From assembly GCA_009711785.1 (NCBI GenBank), contig VENA01000068.1:10067-74066 (forward strand): a stretch of DNA of 64,000 nucleotides, in the 5' to 3' direction. Origin of the DNA: Bacillota bacterium. GTDB lineage: Bacteria > Bacillota > Clostridia > Tissierellales > MES13. The position numbers and the translations under genes were made by a program. Of this stretch, positions 30,094 through 40,075 are shown piece after piece. A model generated the notes under the pieces. That model worked only from the letters and a program-made list of their open reading frames with translations, did no database searches and had not been told where the DNA came from. Each line of letters opens with the position of its first letter. Positions within the stretch are counted from its first letter, which is position 1.

Positions 30094-31041
30094 ATGAAAA
30101 AATCAAGTAACATAGATAATTTAAAATTATCAGATAAATATTCTATTGTAAGAGCTAATAAAAAAGAATTTGCAGTATATGATTCAGTATATGGAGATAG
30201 GACTAATAATAGATTCGCAGTCAAACATTGGGATTTACGTTTAGCTGTAAGCCTTGATAATCCATTTGCTAAAGAAGAAAGTTTCTATTGGATAAAAGCT
30301 TGTGAAAAAAGAGTTGGCGGTGTAATAATAGAACCTAATTTAGTATCACGATTATTTTTTATACCTCCATTTGAAAACAAATTTGAAATAATTAAATTAT
30401 TGAAAAAAGAATTGATAAAGTTATCAGATACTAATAAAGATATAAATGCTTTTCAAATACCTTTAGAACAATCTCAATATTTTGAAAGGTTAGGGTTTTG
30501 GCCTAGTAAAAGTAGACGTTGGATGATGAGACCTACTGAGACTTTTAAAATTAATTGGAATAATAATTTATTAATAAAGATACCGGAAAAATCCTATGAT
30601 ATAGAGATTGCTAAACTATTTAGTGAAAGTTTTAAGGGGGATATAGATAGTAATTATATTGATGAATCAAAAAGAAAAGAGTGTAGTTATAAAGATTACA
30701 TAGGTGAAATAAATGATTATTTTAAATATACTGAAGGTATACTACTTGAAGCTTCTACACTTATATTTGATAAAGAAGAAAAAAGGTTAATTGGTGCTTG
30801 TCTTGTATCTTCCTTTGAAGAATGGCCATTAATACATACTATAGGGGTTCATCCATCTTATAGAGGAAAACACCTTGCCTCAATGATGCTAAAAAAAGCA
30901 TTAACTGTATTAAATAAAAAATATCCTGTAGTCAGATTATTTGTAACCATTGGAAACGGTGCTGAATCTGTTTATTATGAACTTGGATTTATACCTGGAG
31001 TTGAATTTAAAAAATTGTATATACCAGCAATTAAAAATTAA
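30094..31041 (+). CDS. GNAT acetyltransferase domain protein with unknown N-terminal domain
   Basis: C-terminal motif A IGVHPSYRGKHLASMMLKKAL. SD AAGGAGAA. Confidence 0.75.
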   Translation: MKKSSNIDNLKLSDKYSIVRANKKEFAVYDSVYGDRTNNRFAVKHWDLRLAVSLDNPFAKEESFYWIKACEKRVGGVIIEPNLVSRLFFIPPFENKFEIIKLLKKELIKLSDTNKDINAFQIPLEQSQYFERLGFWPSKSRRWMMRPTETFKINWNNNLLIKIPEKSYDIEIAKLFSESFKGDIDSNYIDESKRKECSYKDYIGEINDYFKYTEGILLEASTLIFDKEEKRLIGACLVSSFEEWPLIHTIGVHPSYRGKHLASMMLKKALTVLNKKYPVVRLFVTIGNGAESVYYELGFIPGVEFKKLYIPAIKN

Positions 31042-31061
31042 TATAGAAAGTGGGAAAGTTA

Positions 31062-31604
31062 ATGAATAAAATAAATTTTAGAAAGGCAACATTAGGAGAT
31101 ATTAAAGATATAATGAAAATAGAAAAAGATTCTTTTGATAATAATATTATCGAACAGGAACATGTTTTTAAGGAACGCATTAGGATCTTTAACGATGGTT
31201 TTTTAGTAGCTACATTGAATAATAAAGTTATTGGTTATATATGTTCTGAGCTTTGGAATTTTAATGATGATTTGAATATTGATGCTTTTCGATTAGGGCA
31301 CTCTATATCCGAATGTCATATTAATAATGGAAATGAGTTATATATATCATCAATGGGATTATTAAAAGAATATAGAGGATTTGGGTACGGTTCAAATATG
31401 TTTAATTTTTTAATTAATAAACATAAATCAAATAGTAATAAAATTAAAAGCGTAATTTTATTAGTTTCATATGAATTTAAGAAAGCTAAACAAATGTATG
31501 AAAAACAGGGTTTTAGAGAATTATTTGAAGTTAAGTCAGCTTTTAGATTTAATAGTAATAATGTACAGAGTGGGTTAGTTATGAGAAAGATTTTATGGAG
31601 TTAA
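31062..31604 (+). CDS. GNAT family N-acetyltransferase
   Basis: Motif A GLLKEYRGFGYGSNMFNFLI .. YEKQGF. Start uncertain: ATG 31062 is preferred over GTG 31050. Confidence 0.75.
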   Translation: MNKINFRKATLGDIKDIMKIEKDSFDNNIIEQEHVFKERIRIFNDGFLVATLNNKVIGYICSELWNFNDDLNIDAFRLGHSISECHINNGNELYISSMGLLKEYRGFGYGSNMFNFLINKHKSNSNKIKSVILLVSYEFKKAKQMYEKQGFRELFEVKSAFRFNSNNVQSGLVMRKILWS

Positions 31605-31701
31605 TTATATATATATTAATAGGGAAACTATATTTTAGAACTTAAATATATTGCATTTAAAATGTATAATAATGGAATCACATAAAATTATGGGGGATTG
31701 G

Positions 31702-32349
31702 ATGAAAAAAATATTTTTATTCTTAATGATTTTTATATTACTAATTATTCCAGTTGGATGCGAATCAAACAAGCATACTATCAGTAAAGAAATTGACTCT
31801 GATAAGAAGATATTAGGATTAGTAAAGCACATAGAAAAGACTGATGGCAAATATTATAACTTAGAAATAAGTTATAAAGATTATTCTAGACAATTAAAGG
31901 AAATAGAGGTTCATCTTTCTAGTTTTGTAGACCATTCAACTGACGGCTTAAAGGAGTTTCATTTTAGCAAGTGTCCAATAATTCAGGTGAGACACTCTAG
32001 TCCTCAACAATATTTAGAAAGCAAAAACATGGAAAAACTGCCATGGGAAATTAATAAGTCTGAAATTTCAAATGTCTATACTGAAAAACAAAATAAGTAC
32101 AAATATGTATTGACCAAAATGTATTGGGGCTATACTGATGAAAATTATTGGATAGATGACTACAAAGGGTCTTGGAGGGGAAATATGTGGACTCTAAGAA
32201 AATATACATTTATTGAGAAAGAAGGGCAGTGGAAACTATTATCTGTAGTGAGAGAAGATAAATTAATGGATGGGGATAAAGAAAAAGAACCAATGCTTGA
32301 TAAATTTAATAATGAGAAAGTTAAATTTAATGAAATTATAGAATATTAA
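31702..32349 (+). CDS. Putative lipoprotein, unknown function
   Basis: Start moved to ATG 31702 (SD GGGGGA). The signal peptide ends in the lipobox PVGC. Confidence 0.65.
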   Translation: MKKIFLFLMIFILLIIPVGCESNKHTISKEIDSDKKILGLVKHIEKTDGKYYNLEISYKDYSRQLKEIEVHLSSFVDHSTDGLKEFHFSKCPIIQVRHSSPQQYLESKNMEKLPWEINKSEISNVYTEKQNKYKYVLTKMYWGYTDENYWIDDYKGSWRGNMWTLRKYTFIEKEGQWKLLSVVREDKLMDGDKEKEPMLDKFNNEKVKFNEIIEY

Positions 32350-32350
32350 G

Positions 32351-32387
32351 ATAAAGACCACAATGGGGTTACCATTGTGGTCTTTAT
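32351..32387 (+). terminator. Intrinsic terminator
   Basis: 16-bp stem ATAAAGACCACAATGG / CCATTGTGGTCTTTAT. Confidence 0.65.
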
Positions 32388-32937
32388 CTACCAACACAAT
32401 TCACTAACACAGCCATTTTAAAAAGGAAAATTCTAATAATTTAAGAGGGCTAACATTTATGTTAGTCCTTTAATTATATTAATAAATATAACTTCTAATA
32501 TATACTACTTCATAACGAATTACTGCCAAATAAAAACTTGTATGGTATAATTTATATTAAATATTTCAATTTTTGTAAAGAATATTAATAATATTTTATA
32601 AGATATAAAAAAAGGTTAGTAGAGGTAGGTAAAAGTAAGTTAGAAGATAGAAGTTATGTACTAAAGACATTAAAAGACATATGTTATAAATTGTTTTTAA
32701 CCCAATTGACTTTAGGAAATTTTAAGCTTATATATAGTAACTATGACTTTGATGTTAGTTCATTAAATAGATATATTTCTCAATTATATGAATCATATAA
32801 AATAAGTGAGAAAGGATTAACTGAATTTGATAAAAAAACTTATAAAAGACTAAAAAACATATGTAATAAGGCACTTCTAGAATTATTAAACACCAGTAAA
32901 GTATGTCTTTGTGAAAAATTTAAAAGTAGGTGATTTA

Positions 32938-34155
32938 ATGAAGATTGGAAAATTTTCTAAAGAAATTAATTTAACTATAGATACTATTAGACATTATATG
33001 GAGTTAGGATTAATTATTCCAGATAAGAAGGGGGCCCATTATGACTTTGATGAAAGATGTAAAAATGATGTTAATGATATATTAGAATTAAAAGAAATGG
33101 GTTTTACTTTAAAGGAAATAACTTCATTATTTACATATAAAAGATTAGGTAAGCTTACCCAGTATCAAGAGTATGAATGTTATAAAGAATTTTTTATTAA
33201 TAAAAAAAATCAAATAGAAAAAGAAATTAATAACTTATCAAATTCTTTAATGAAGCTTACAAAAAAGATAGAAGAATTATCAACTTTGGAATATAGTGAG
33301 AATTTCAAAATAGGTTTAGATATAAGCATGATAGGTCTTTTTAAATGTTTAAAATGCGGTGGAAGATTAGTATTAGATAAAGGTAGTATAGAAGATAATA
33401 AAATAATAAATGGAGAGCTTAAATGTGATTGTGGGGAAACTTATGTAATAAGGAATGGAATATTGTTAGCAAATAATAAATTTTTATGCACTGATGACAA
33501 AATTCAATATGATCATATTGTTGGTTATATAAATGAAACTAGTCCAAAGTATCTTGAAAAAGTATACTCAAGTCTTGAATGGATTCATAAAAAAGTGGAT
33601 TTTAATGATTTTAAAAATAAAGTTATTCTAGATCTAGGTTCAGGATCAGGATTTCTATTAAGATATATATATAATGAACTTCCTGATAATTCAGTATATA
33701 TAGCAGTGGATCATAATATTGAAAGACATATGTTCTTAAAGAGAATGCTTGAAAAATCAAAAGTAAAAAAGAATATAATTTTTATTTGTGCAGATTTTTT
33801 AGAGATGCCTTTAAAGGAAAAGGTAGCTGACATAGTTATAGATTATACAGGAACAAGTAATTATTCCTTTGAACATGAAGATTTTTTACTTAAATCCGTT
33901 GATAAATATATAAAGGAGAAAGTATTAATTATTGGTAGCTATATTATATTTAAAAATTTTGGAGCTAATAATATTATAAATAAAAAATTTAGAAAAAACT
34001 TTATGCTTAACAATGTAAAAAAAGAATTAACTAAACTTAACTATAAAGTTATATATGAGATAATGTCAGATGTGATAGATGAGGGTGGAAAATACGAAGA
34101 TTATTTTAATGAAGATGAAAAAGTACAACCATATTTATTCTATGGTAAAAGATAG
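32938..34155 (+). CDS. MerR-family HTH fused to a Trm112-like zinc ribbon and a class I SAM-dependent methyltransferase domain
   Basis: N-terminal MerR HTH (MKIGKFSKEINLTIDTIRHYMELGLI), then a coiled-coil linker. Zinc ribbon CxxC..CxC (FKCLKCGG .. LKCDCGETY). MTase motif I VILDLGSGSGFLL. Start at ATG 32938 (SD AGTAGGTGA). Confidence 0.7.
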   Translation: MKIGKFSKEINLTIDTIRHYMELGLIIPDKKGAHYDFDERCKNDVNDILELKEMGFTLKEITSLFTYKRLGKLTQYQEYECYKEFFINKKNQIEKEINNLSNSLMKLTKKIEELSTLEYSENFKIGLDISMIGLFKCLKCGGRLVLDKGSIEDNKIINGELKCDCGETYVIRNGILLANNKFLCTDDKIQYDHIVGYINETSPKYLEKVYSSLEWIHKKVDFNDFKNKVILDLGSGSGFLLRYIYNELPDNSVYIAVDHNIERHMFLKRMLEKSKVKKNIIFICADFLEMPLKEKVADIVIDYTGTSNYSFEHEDFLLKSVDKYIKEKVLIIGSYIIFKNFGANNIINKKFRKNFMLNNVKKELTKLNYKVIYEIMSDVIDEGGKYEDYFNEDEKVQPYLFYGKR

Positions 34156-34265
34156 GGTTAACCCTATCTTTTATATATTTTTTGAAAGAAATTTTGTTGA
34201 ATTGCCTATTTATATAGTCTATACCCTATTTATTATACTTAAAGTAAGAAAGAGGAGGGGTAAAA

Positions 34266-35528
34266 ATGACATTAAAAAAATTAGCTGTATGTAAAAATAG
34301 TAATTCAAATATGATATTATTTGCATTTGGAAAGCTTGCTTCATTATTTGGAACATCTATATATTCTTTTGCAATGGGGTTATATGTCCTTAAACTAACT
34401 GGATCTGGATTATCCTTTGCAACTACTTTAGTTTTAGGAACGTTACCTATAATAATTATAAATCCCTTTGCTGGGGTTTTAGCAGATAAAATTGATAAAA
34501 AGAAGATAGTTGTATTTATGGATTTACTAAATGGTGTGATTTTAGTTTTACTATATTTCATAAAATTAGAATATGGTTTAACTCTTTTTATGATATATAT
34601 AACAACTTTTTTACTAACTACATTTACAACTGTTTTTGGAACTGCTTTAGAAGCAGCCAAACCTAACATTGTATCAGAAGAGAAACTAATGAATATTAAT
34701 TCAATAGGTAAAATATTAGATTCATCATCTTCAATTTTAGGTCCCATGGTAGGAGGATTAATATTTGCCTTTATGGATATTGGTTTTTTCATAATATTAA
34801 ATGGTATCTCTTTTATTATTTCAGGGATATTAGAAATGTTTATAAACTTTAATTTAAATTATACAAAGGATGAAAATGATAATAAAGAGATTAATTTAAT
34901 TAAAGATATAAAAGAAGGATTTTATTATACGATAAATAAAAAGGGAGTTATTGGTTTAATTTGTGTTTTTATTGGTTTAAATTTCTTTTTAGGATTATCA
35001 GTATCAGTCCCACTACCTTATATTATAAACGAAGTTTTAAAATTAAGTCCTAATTATTTTGGCATAATACAAGGATCATTTCCAATGGGGCTGATTATTG
35101 GAGCAATTTTCATAAAAAGAATAACAGATAAGTATTCATATAGAAAAATATTATTATTAACTAGTCAAGTTATTTCATTTGGAATGATAAGTATAGGCTT
35201 ACCAATGATTTTCAATAGTTACTTTAATGAAATATTTTTACTAATATATTATAGTTTTATTATGTTATTAATTGGTATTATGATATCGTTTATTGATATT
35301 CCTATATTATATATACTTCAAAGCAAGATAGAAGAGTCTTTTAGGGGCAGGGTTTTAAGTTTTGGTATAACCCTTGGGAAAATAGCATTACCGATCGCAT
35401 TAATAATATCAGGAATAATAATAAATAGAGTATATCCATATATATTGCCGATAACAGGGGGAGTTTTAATGATGATATTTAGTATGCTTTATTTTAATAA
35501 TATAGAAGACATAGAAGAAATTAATTAA
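34266..35528 (+). CDS. MFS transporter
   Basis: About 12 TM helices, 420 aa. SD AGAGGAGGGG. Confidence 0.8.
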   Translation: MTLKKLAVCKNSNSNMILFAFGKLASLFGTSIYSFAMGLYVLKLTGSGLSFATTLVLGTLPIIIINPFAGVLADKIDKKKIVVFMDLLNGVILVLLYFIKLEYGLTLFMIYITTFLLTTFTTVFGTALEAAKPNIVSEEKLMNINSIGKILDSSSSILGPMVGGLIFAFMDIGFFIILNGISFIISGILEMFINFNLNYTKDENDNKEINLIKDIKEGFYYTINKKGVIGLICVFIGLNFFLGLSVSVPLPYIINEVLKLSPNYFGIIQGSFPMGLIIGAIFIKRITDKYSYRKILLLTSQVISFGMISIGLPMIFNSYFNEIFLLIYYSFIMLLIGIMISFIDIPILYILQSKIEESFRGRVLSFGITLGKIALPIALIISGIIINRVYPYILPITGGVLMMIFSMLYFNNIEDIEEIN

Positions 35529-35533
35529 ATTAT

Positions 35534-35562
35534 AAAACAGGTGCTAGGAAGCATCTGTTTTA
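35534..35562 (+). terminator. Intrinsic terminator
   Basis: AAAACAGGTGC / GCATCTGTTTT stem (one G-U) plus T-rich tail. Confidence 0.6.
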
Positions 35563-35624
35563 TAATGTTAAATAAAGGAAAAATGTATTTATTATAGAAT
35601 ATATTTAGGGAAGGGAGTGGTTTA

Positions 35625-36704
35625 ATGGCTAAAGAGAAAAGCTCTTTTATAAAAGATTATATAATTTTCACATTATGTATAGTGGTAACAGCTTTTTTAT
35701 ATCTATCGAAATATAAAATGTTATTTTATTCCCTTAAAAGAACATATGCTTTCGCATTTATTATATATTTAGGAGTTACTATAATTAAATATTTTTTAAT
35801 AAAAAGATTTAATAGAAATGATTTTAAACTCTTTAGTTTTATTACAGGATTAGGGACCGTTTTATATAAAGTTGATATTGATACTTCTTATAGCATAATA
35901 CTTATGCTTTATTTTTCAATTTCTATCCTTTATTATTTAAGTATCGATAGTCAAAAGAATAATATAAAAGGGAAAATAATTATTAGTTTTATTATATTAC
36001 TTGTAGTTTCTATTAACTTTTATGAAAATTCTACAAAAGCAATTAAAGATTGGAAAATAGAAGAAAGAATAAATGAAAAACTAGATGGGTATGCCTATAA
36101 AGGGAAAATGAATGAATCTAATTTAAAAAAGATATCATACCTCAATTTACATACAAAGTCTCATTATAATTTAGAGGGCATAGAAAATTTAAAAAATTTA
36201 GATCGCCTAATTATTGATGGTATTAATATTAAAAACATATATAATATTTCTTTATTAAAAAATTTAAGATACTTAAGAACAGAAAATATAAATTTAAGTG
36301 ATTTAAGAAAATTAAAAACTATGGATAGTTTAGAAATACTAGATATTTCTTATCTAAATGTTGATACTGAAAAAAGTATAGAAAATTTTCCTAATTTAAA
36401 GAAATTAGAAATCCAAGGATTAACTTTAGATGATCTATCAATTTTTAAAGAATTAAAAAGTATAGAGAGTTTAAGAATTAGCTTTTGTAAGTTAAAGAGT
36501 TTAGATGGAATAGAGAATTTTAGAAATTTAAAAGAAATAAATTTTTTAGGTGTTGAGATAAAAAATTATAATGCTCTTAAAAATATTAAAGCTAATAGAA
36601 AAATTTACTATAAGGGACAAGAAGTTACCAATATAAAAAAAATATTAAATAAAAGCAGTTACTCTTTAAAAGTGATTAACGATTCTTTTAAGATTATGCG
36701 CTAA
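35625..36704 (+). CDS. Polytopic membrane protein with C-terminal leucine-rich repeats (internalin-like LRR)
   Basis: Four to five N-terminal TM helices, then about 7 repeats of approx. 22 aa (LKNLDRLIIDGINIKNIYNISL / LKNLRYLRTENINLSDLRKL / FPNLKKLEIQGLTLDDLSIF ...). Confidence 0.7.
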   Translation: MAKEKSSFIKDYIIFTLCIVVTAFLYLSKYKMLFYSLKRTYAFAFIIYLGVTIIKYFLIKRFNRNDFKLFSFITGLGTVLYKVDIDTSYSIILMLYFSISILYYLSIDSQKNNIKGKIIISFIILLVVSINFYENSTKAIKDWKIEERINEKLDGYAYKGKMNESNLKKISYLNLHTKSHYNLEGIENLKNLDRLIIDGINIKNIYNISLLKNLRYLRTENINLSDLRKLKTMDSLEILDISYLNVDTEKSIENFPNLKKLEIQGLTLDDLSIFKELKSIESLRISFCKLKSLDGIENFRNLKEINFLGVEIKNYNALKNIKANRKIYYKGQEVTNIKKILNKSSYSLKVINDSFKIMR

Positions 36705-36714
36705 ATTCTAAAAA

Positions 36715-36742
36715 GCCTAACTTTAGTTAGGTGCTTTTTTTT
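36715..36742 (+). repeat. Hairpin-family copy g (terminator after the LRR gene)
   Basis: GCCTAAC-TTTA-GTTAGGTGC followed by T8. Confidence 0.75.
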
Positions 36743-36820
36743 ATGTTAAATATTATAATAAATTTAGTATAAAAATAGTAAATACTTTTTAAAGTTATAG
36801 AGATGTTAGGAGGAATTGTT

Positions 36821-38176
36821 ATGAAAAAAAAGAGAAGACTAATTATTTTATTATTAATAGGTATTATAATATTTACTTTTAGTGCCTGTAGGACAAAAGA
36901 AGTAAGTAAAGAAAAAATTAACATGATAAATGAGAAAAAGTATGAAGTTAAGAAGTTAAGGGAGGATTTTAATCAATTTAGAAATATAATAGAATCTGAA
37001 CATACAAAGCTTTATATAAAAGATGATAAGTTAAAAAGATTATTTGATAAGCAGTATGCTAAATTAACCCATGATATGGGGGAATTAGAATTTTATCGTA
37101 TAATATCACCTATTGTATCTAGTTTAAAATGTGGTCATACAAATATTAGCGTATCTAAAGAGTATGAGATGTATTTAAATGAAAATGGAAAATATCTGCC
37201 TCTAGTGGTAAAGGTCATAAATAATAGATTATACGTTACTAAAAACTTATCAACTGCTGATATACCAAAGGGGTCTGAGATAATATCTATTAATGGAAAA
37301 TCAGTTAAGGATATAATTAATATACTTTTAAATAATTTAACTGCAGATGGATATAATTTAACGAAAAAATATCAGATTATAAACAAGTGGTTTAATGGAA
37401 TTTATTATTATTATGTAGATAATTCTTTAAAGTATAAAGTAACATATAAAAAGCCAAAGGATAATAAAGAATTAAAAGAGGTTATATCAGCTAAAAGAGA
37501 AAGTAATATGGATATGACTGCTTTAGGTATATATTTTATTGATAGATTAGATAAAGATACTTATTATAGTGAGTTTTATGATGATTATGCAGTATTGACA
37601 ATTAAATCCTTTAACATAAAAGATATGAAAAACTATAAAAGTTTTATTTATAAGTTTTTTAAAGAACTTAATGAAAGGAAAATAGATAATCTTATATTAG
37701 ATATAAGGGGTAATTGGGGAGGAAGTCCAGAACCTGCTGGTTTTTTATATTCATATCTTAATAATAATAACACCCCATATTTTGATGATAATATACCTAT
37801 ATATTTTGCCTTAAGATGGCCTGTAATATCAGCTAAAAATAGTTTTAAAGGTAATCTTTATACTTTGATAGATGGAGCTACATTTTCAACTTCAGGACAT
37901 TTAATTTCCCTTCTTAGAAATTATAATATTGGAAAGTTTATTGGTGAGGAGTCAGGAGGTTCATATTTAGTAACTGATGGGGGTAAATTTACTTCCCTTA
38001 AAAATACTAAGCTTAGATTATATTATTCAACAATGGTAATTAAAACTGATGTAACTAATCTTAAAAAAGGAAGAGGTATAATTCCAGATTATAAAGTATC
38101 TTATACTTTAAAAGATTACTTAAATAAATTAGACCCACAGATGAAAAAGGCAATTGAGTTAATAAAAAAGAAATAG
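36821..38176 (+). CDS. Peptidase S41 family lipoprotein
   Basis: Start at ATG 36821 (SD GGAGGA). Lipobox FSAC. S41 motifs DIRGNWGGS and GATFSTSGH. Confidence 0.75.
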   Translation: MKKKRRLIILLLIGIIIFTFSACRTKEVSKEKINMINEKKYEVKKLREDFNQFRNIIESEHTKLYIKDDKLKRLFDKQYAKLTHDMGELEFYRIISPIVSSLKCGHTNISVSKEYEMYLNENGKYLPLVVKVINNRLYVTKNLSTADIPKGSEIISINGKSVKDIINILLNNLTADGYNLTKKYQIINKWFNGIYYYYVDNSLKYKVTYKKPKDNKELKEVISAKRESNMDMTALGIYFIDRLDKDTYYSEFYDDYAVLTIKSFNIKDMKNYKSFIYKFFKELNERKIDNLILDIRGNWGGSPEPAGFLYSYLNNNNTPYFDDNIPIYFALRWPVISAKNSFKGNLYTLIDGATFSTSGHLISLLRNYNIGKFIGEESGGSYLVTDGGKFTSLKNTKLRLYYSTMVIKTDVTNLKKGRGIIPDYKVSYTLKDYLNKLDPQMKKAIELIKKK

Positions 38177-38217
38177 AAATGATTCTTTTATTTTAATATA
38201 AGTTAGGAGGATATAAT

Positions 38218-38844
38218 ATGAAAAAAAATATCGTTAGTATTTTATCACCATTAATAATTATTATATTAGGATTTTTAACAGCAAAAGTATTTAGTACATT
38301 TATGTATGAATGGACGTTTTTACCAGTATCATTAATATATTGGGCTACATTGTTATTTTTTACTAAACGTAAAAATATAAATATAAAAGATATGTTTAAT
38401 AAACCAAGGGAAAGTAAAAATTTATTAATAGTATTATTGATTTTCTCTTTAATACCCTTTTTAAATTTTATTTTAAATATAGGACTATTAAAAAATCTCT
38501 TTATTATTATAATTTGGTTACTGTTTTCTATATTAAATCCATTATTTGAAGAAGTTTATTGGAGGGGTGTATTACTTAATACTTTACCATTTAGAAAAAA
38601 ATGGATAGCTATATTTTATAGTACTTTATTATTCGTTTTAAGCCATAAATTAATATGGGGAGTATTTTCCATTGGATATAATAGTCTATTAGTTACTTTA
38701 TTATTTGCAATTATGGGTATAGTTTGGTCAATTATATATCTTAAAACAAAGAGTTTATGGTATTGTTATTTATCCCATGTTTTAATAGATATATTCAGTT
38801 TATCTGTATTTATGTTACTAAATCTTTACATACCATTAGTTTAA
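38218..38844 (+). CDS. CPBP family intramembrane glutamic endopeptidase (CAAX protease/Abi-like)
   Basis: Motif 1 EEVYWRG; later histidine motifs FVLSHKL and YLSHVLID. Polytopic. Confidence 0.8.
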   Translation: MKKNIVSILSPLIIIILGFLTAKVFSTFMYEWTFLPVSLIYWATLLFFTKRKNINIKDMFNKPRESKNLLIVLLIFSLIPFLNFILNIGLLKNLFIIIIWLLFSILNPLFEEVYWRGVLLNTLPFRKKWIAIFYSTLLFVLSHKLIWGVFSIGYNSLLVTLLFAIMGIVWSIIYLKTKSLWYCYLSHVLIDIFSLSVFMLLNLYIPLV

Positions 38845-38877
38845 GTTAGAGATAAACTTTATAGAGGAGGTATTATA

Positions 38878-39378
38878 TTGAAAAACATTAAAACAAATAG
38901 ATTATTATTAAGACCATTAAAGATTGAGGATATAGACTCTGTAATGAACTTTTGGGGAAATGAAGAAGTAATGAAATATTGTGGTGGTCCAGGAACTAAA
39001 GAAAGGGAATTAAAAGCTTTAAAGTATTATATAAACTTACAGAATAAAAAGGGGTATTCACCATTTGTATTAGAATTAAAAGAGAATAAAAATATTATAG
39101 GAGTTTGTGGTTTTAATCCAACAAATAAAGAGGATGAAATTGAATTGATATATCATTTAAATAAAAATTATTGGAAAAAGGGCTATGCCTTTGAAGCTGC
39201 TAGTGCATGTATAAATTATGCCCGTAAAAACTTAAATATTAAAAGGATTTTAGCCTCTGTAGATCCGAGAAATATTGCTTCAAGAAAAATATTAGAAAAA
39301 TTAGGGTTTAAATTTAAAGAGAGTAAATTCAAAGAAGTTACAAAACAAGAAGAATACCATTTTGAATTAATTATTTAA
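38878..39378 (+). CDS. GNAT N-acetyltransferase (RimJ/RimL-like)
   Basis: TNRLLLRPL N-terminus and YWKKGYAFEAASACINY motif. TTG start after GGAGG. Confidence 0.8.
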   Translation: MKNIKTNRLLLRPLKIEDIDSVMNFWGNEEVMKYCGGPGTKERELKALKYYINLQNKKGYSPFVLELKENKNIIGVCGFNPTNKEDEIELIYHLNKNYWKKGYAFEAASACINYARKNLNIKRILASVDPRNIASRKILEKLGFKFKESKFKEVTKQEEYHFELII

Positions 39379-39523
39379 TTTGAATTATTAAATTAATTTA
39401 AAGGATTTTATAACAAATTTTTCTATTTAATCTAAACTTTAATGTTATAATATTATAAGATAATGAATTATCAGAAAATTGAAAAATACTAAGGATTAAA
39501 GCAATAATTTTATGGAGGTTTTT

Positions 39524-40048
39524 ATGATTTATTTTGAATCAAAACGTTTGATTTTCCGAGACTGGAACCATAAAGATTTAAAAGAATTTAGAAGTATGAA
39601 TAAGGATATTAAAGTAATGGAGTATTTTCCTAATATTCTTAGTAAAGAGGAAACAGATAATTTTTTTAATAAAATTAAAACAGAATTTGATGAATTAGGT
39701 TATGGACTCTATGCGGTTGAATTAAAGCATAATAAAGAATTTATAGGTTACATTGGATTTCATAAAGCAAACTTTGATGCTAACTTCACCCCTTGTATTG
39801 AAATAGGTTGGCGTTTAAAATATGAAGCTTGGGGAAATGGATATGCAACTGAAGGGGCAAAAGCTTGTCTAGATTATGGATTAAATAAATTAAAATTTAG
39901 TAAGATATTTAGTTTTACAGCTAAAATTAATACTAGATCTGAAAGTGTTATGAAAAAAATTGGTATGAAAAAAATAGGTGAATTTGACCATCCGAATCTA
40001 GATAAACATAGTCCATTATCTAAACATGTACTCTATTTAATAGATTAA
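39524..40048 (+). CDS. GNAT N-acetyltransferase (RimJ/RimL-like)
   Basis: SKRLIFRDW and AWGNGYATEGAKACLDY. Start moved to ATG 39524 (SD GGAGG at 39514). Confidence 0.8.
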   Translation: MIYFESKRLIFRDWNHKDLKEFRSMNKDIKVMEYFPNILSKEETDNFFNKIKTEFDELGYGLYAVELKHNKEFIGYIGFHKANFDANFTPCIEIGWRLKYEAWGNGYATEGAKACLDYGLNKLKFSKIFSFTAKINTRSESVMKKIGMKKIGEFDHPNLDKHSPLSKHVLYLID

Positions 40049-40075
40049 TATTTTAATTTTAAAGGGAGGAGCTTT

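Noticed and set aside
32691-32933. 80-aa TTG-initiated ORF upstream of the MerR-fusion gene
   Set aside because: It has no SD and no motif. Its 5' part overlaps a plausible promoter (TTGACT-17-TATATA at about 32704..32732) for the downstream gene, and its end overlaps that gene's SD. It is retained only as a remote possibility.
34226-34792. 188-aa minus-strand ORF
   Set aside because: It is antisense to the N-terminal third of the well-supported MFS transporter gene, has no SD, and its composition mirrors the opposite-strand codons.
19317-36742. Interpretation of the CCTAAC-TTTA-GTTAGG hairpins plus same-strand GNAT genes as an integron-like cassette array (arms fit RYYYAAC/GTTRRRY)
   Set aside because: The elements are only about 20 nt, with no inner L sites or extrahelical bases, whereas attC sites are about 57-141 nt. 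They do not delimit every gene. No tyrosine-recombinase or integrase gene is in the window. Most copies carry T-runs and behave as ordinary terminators.
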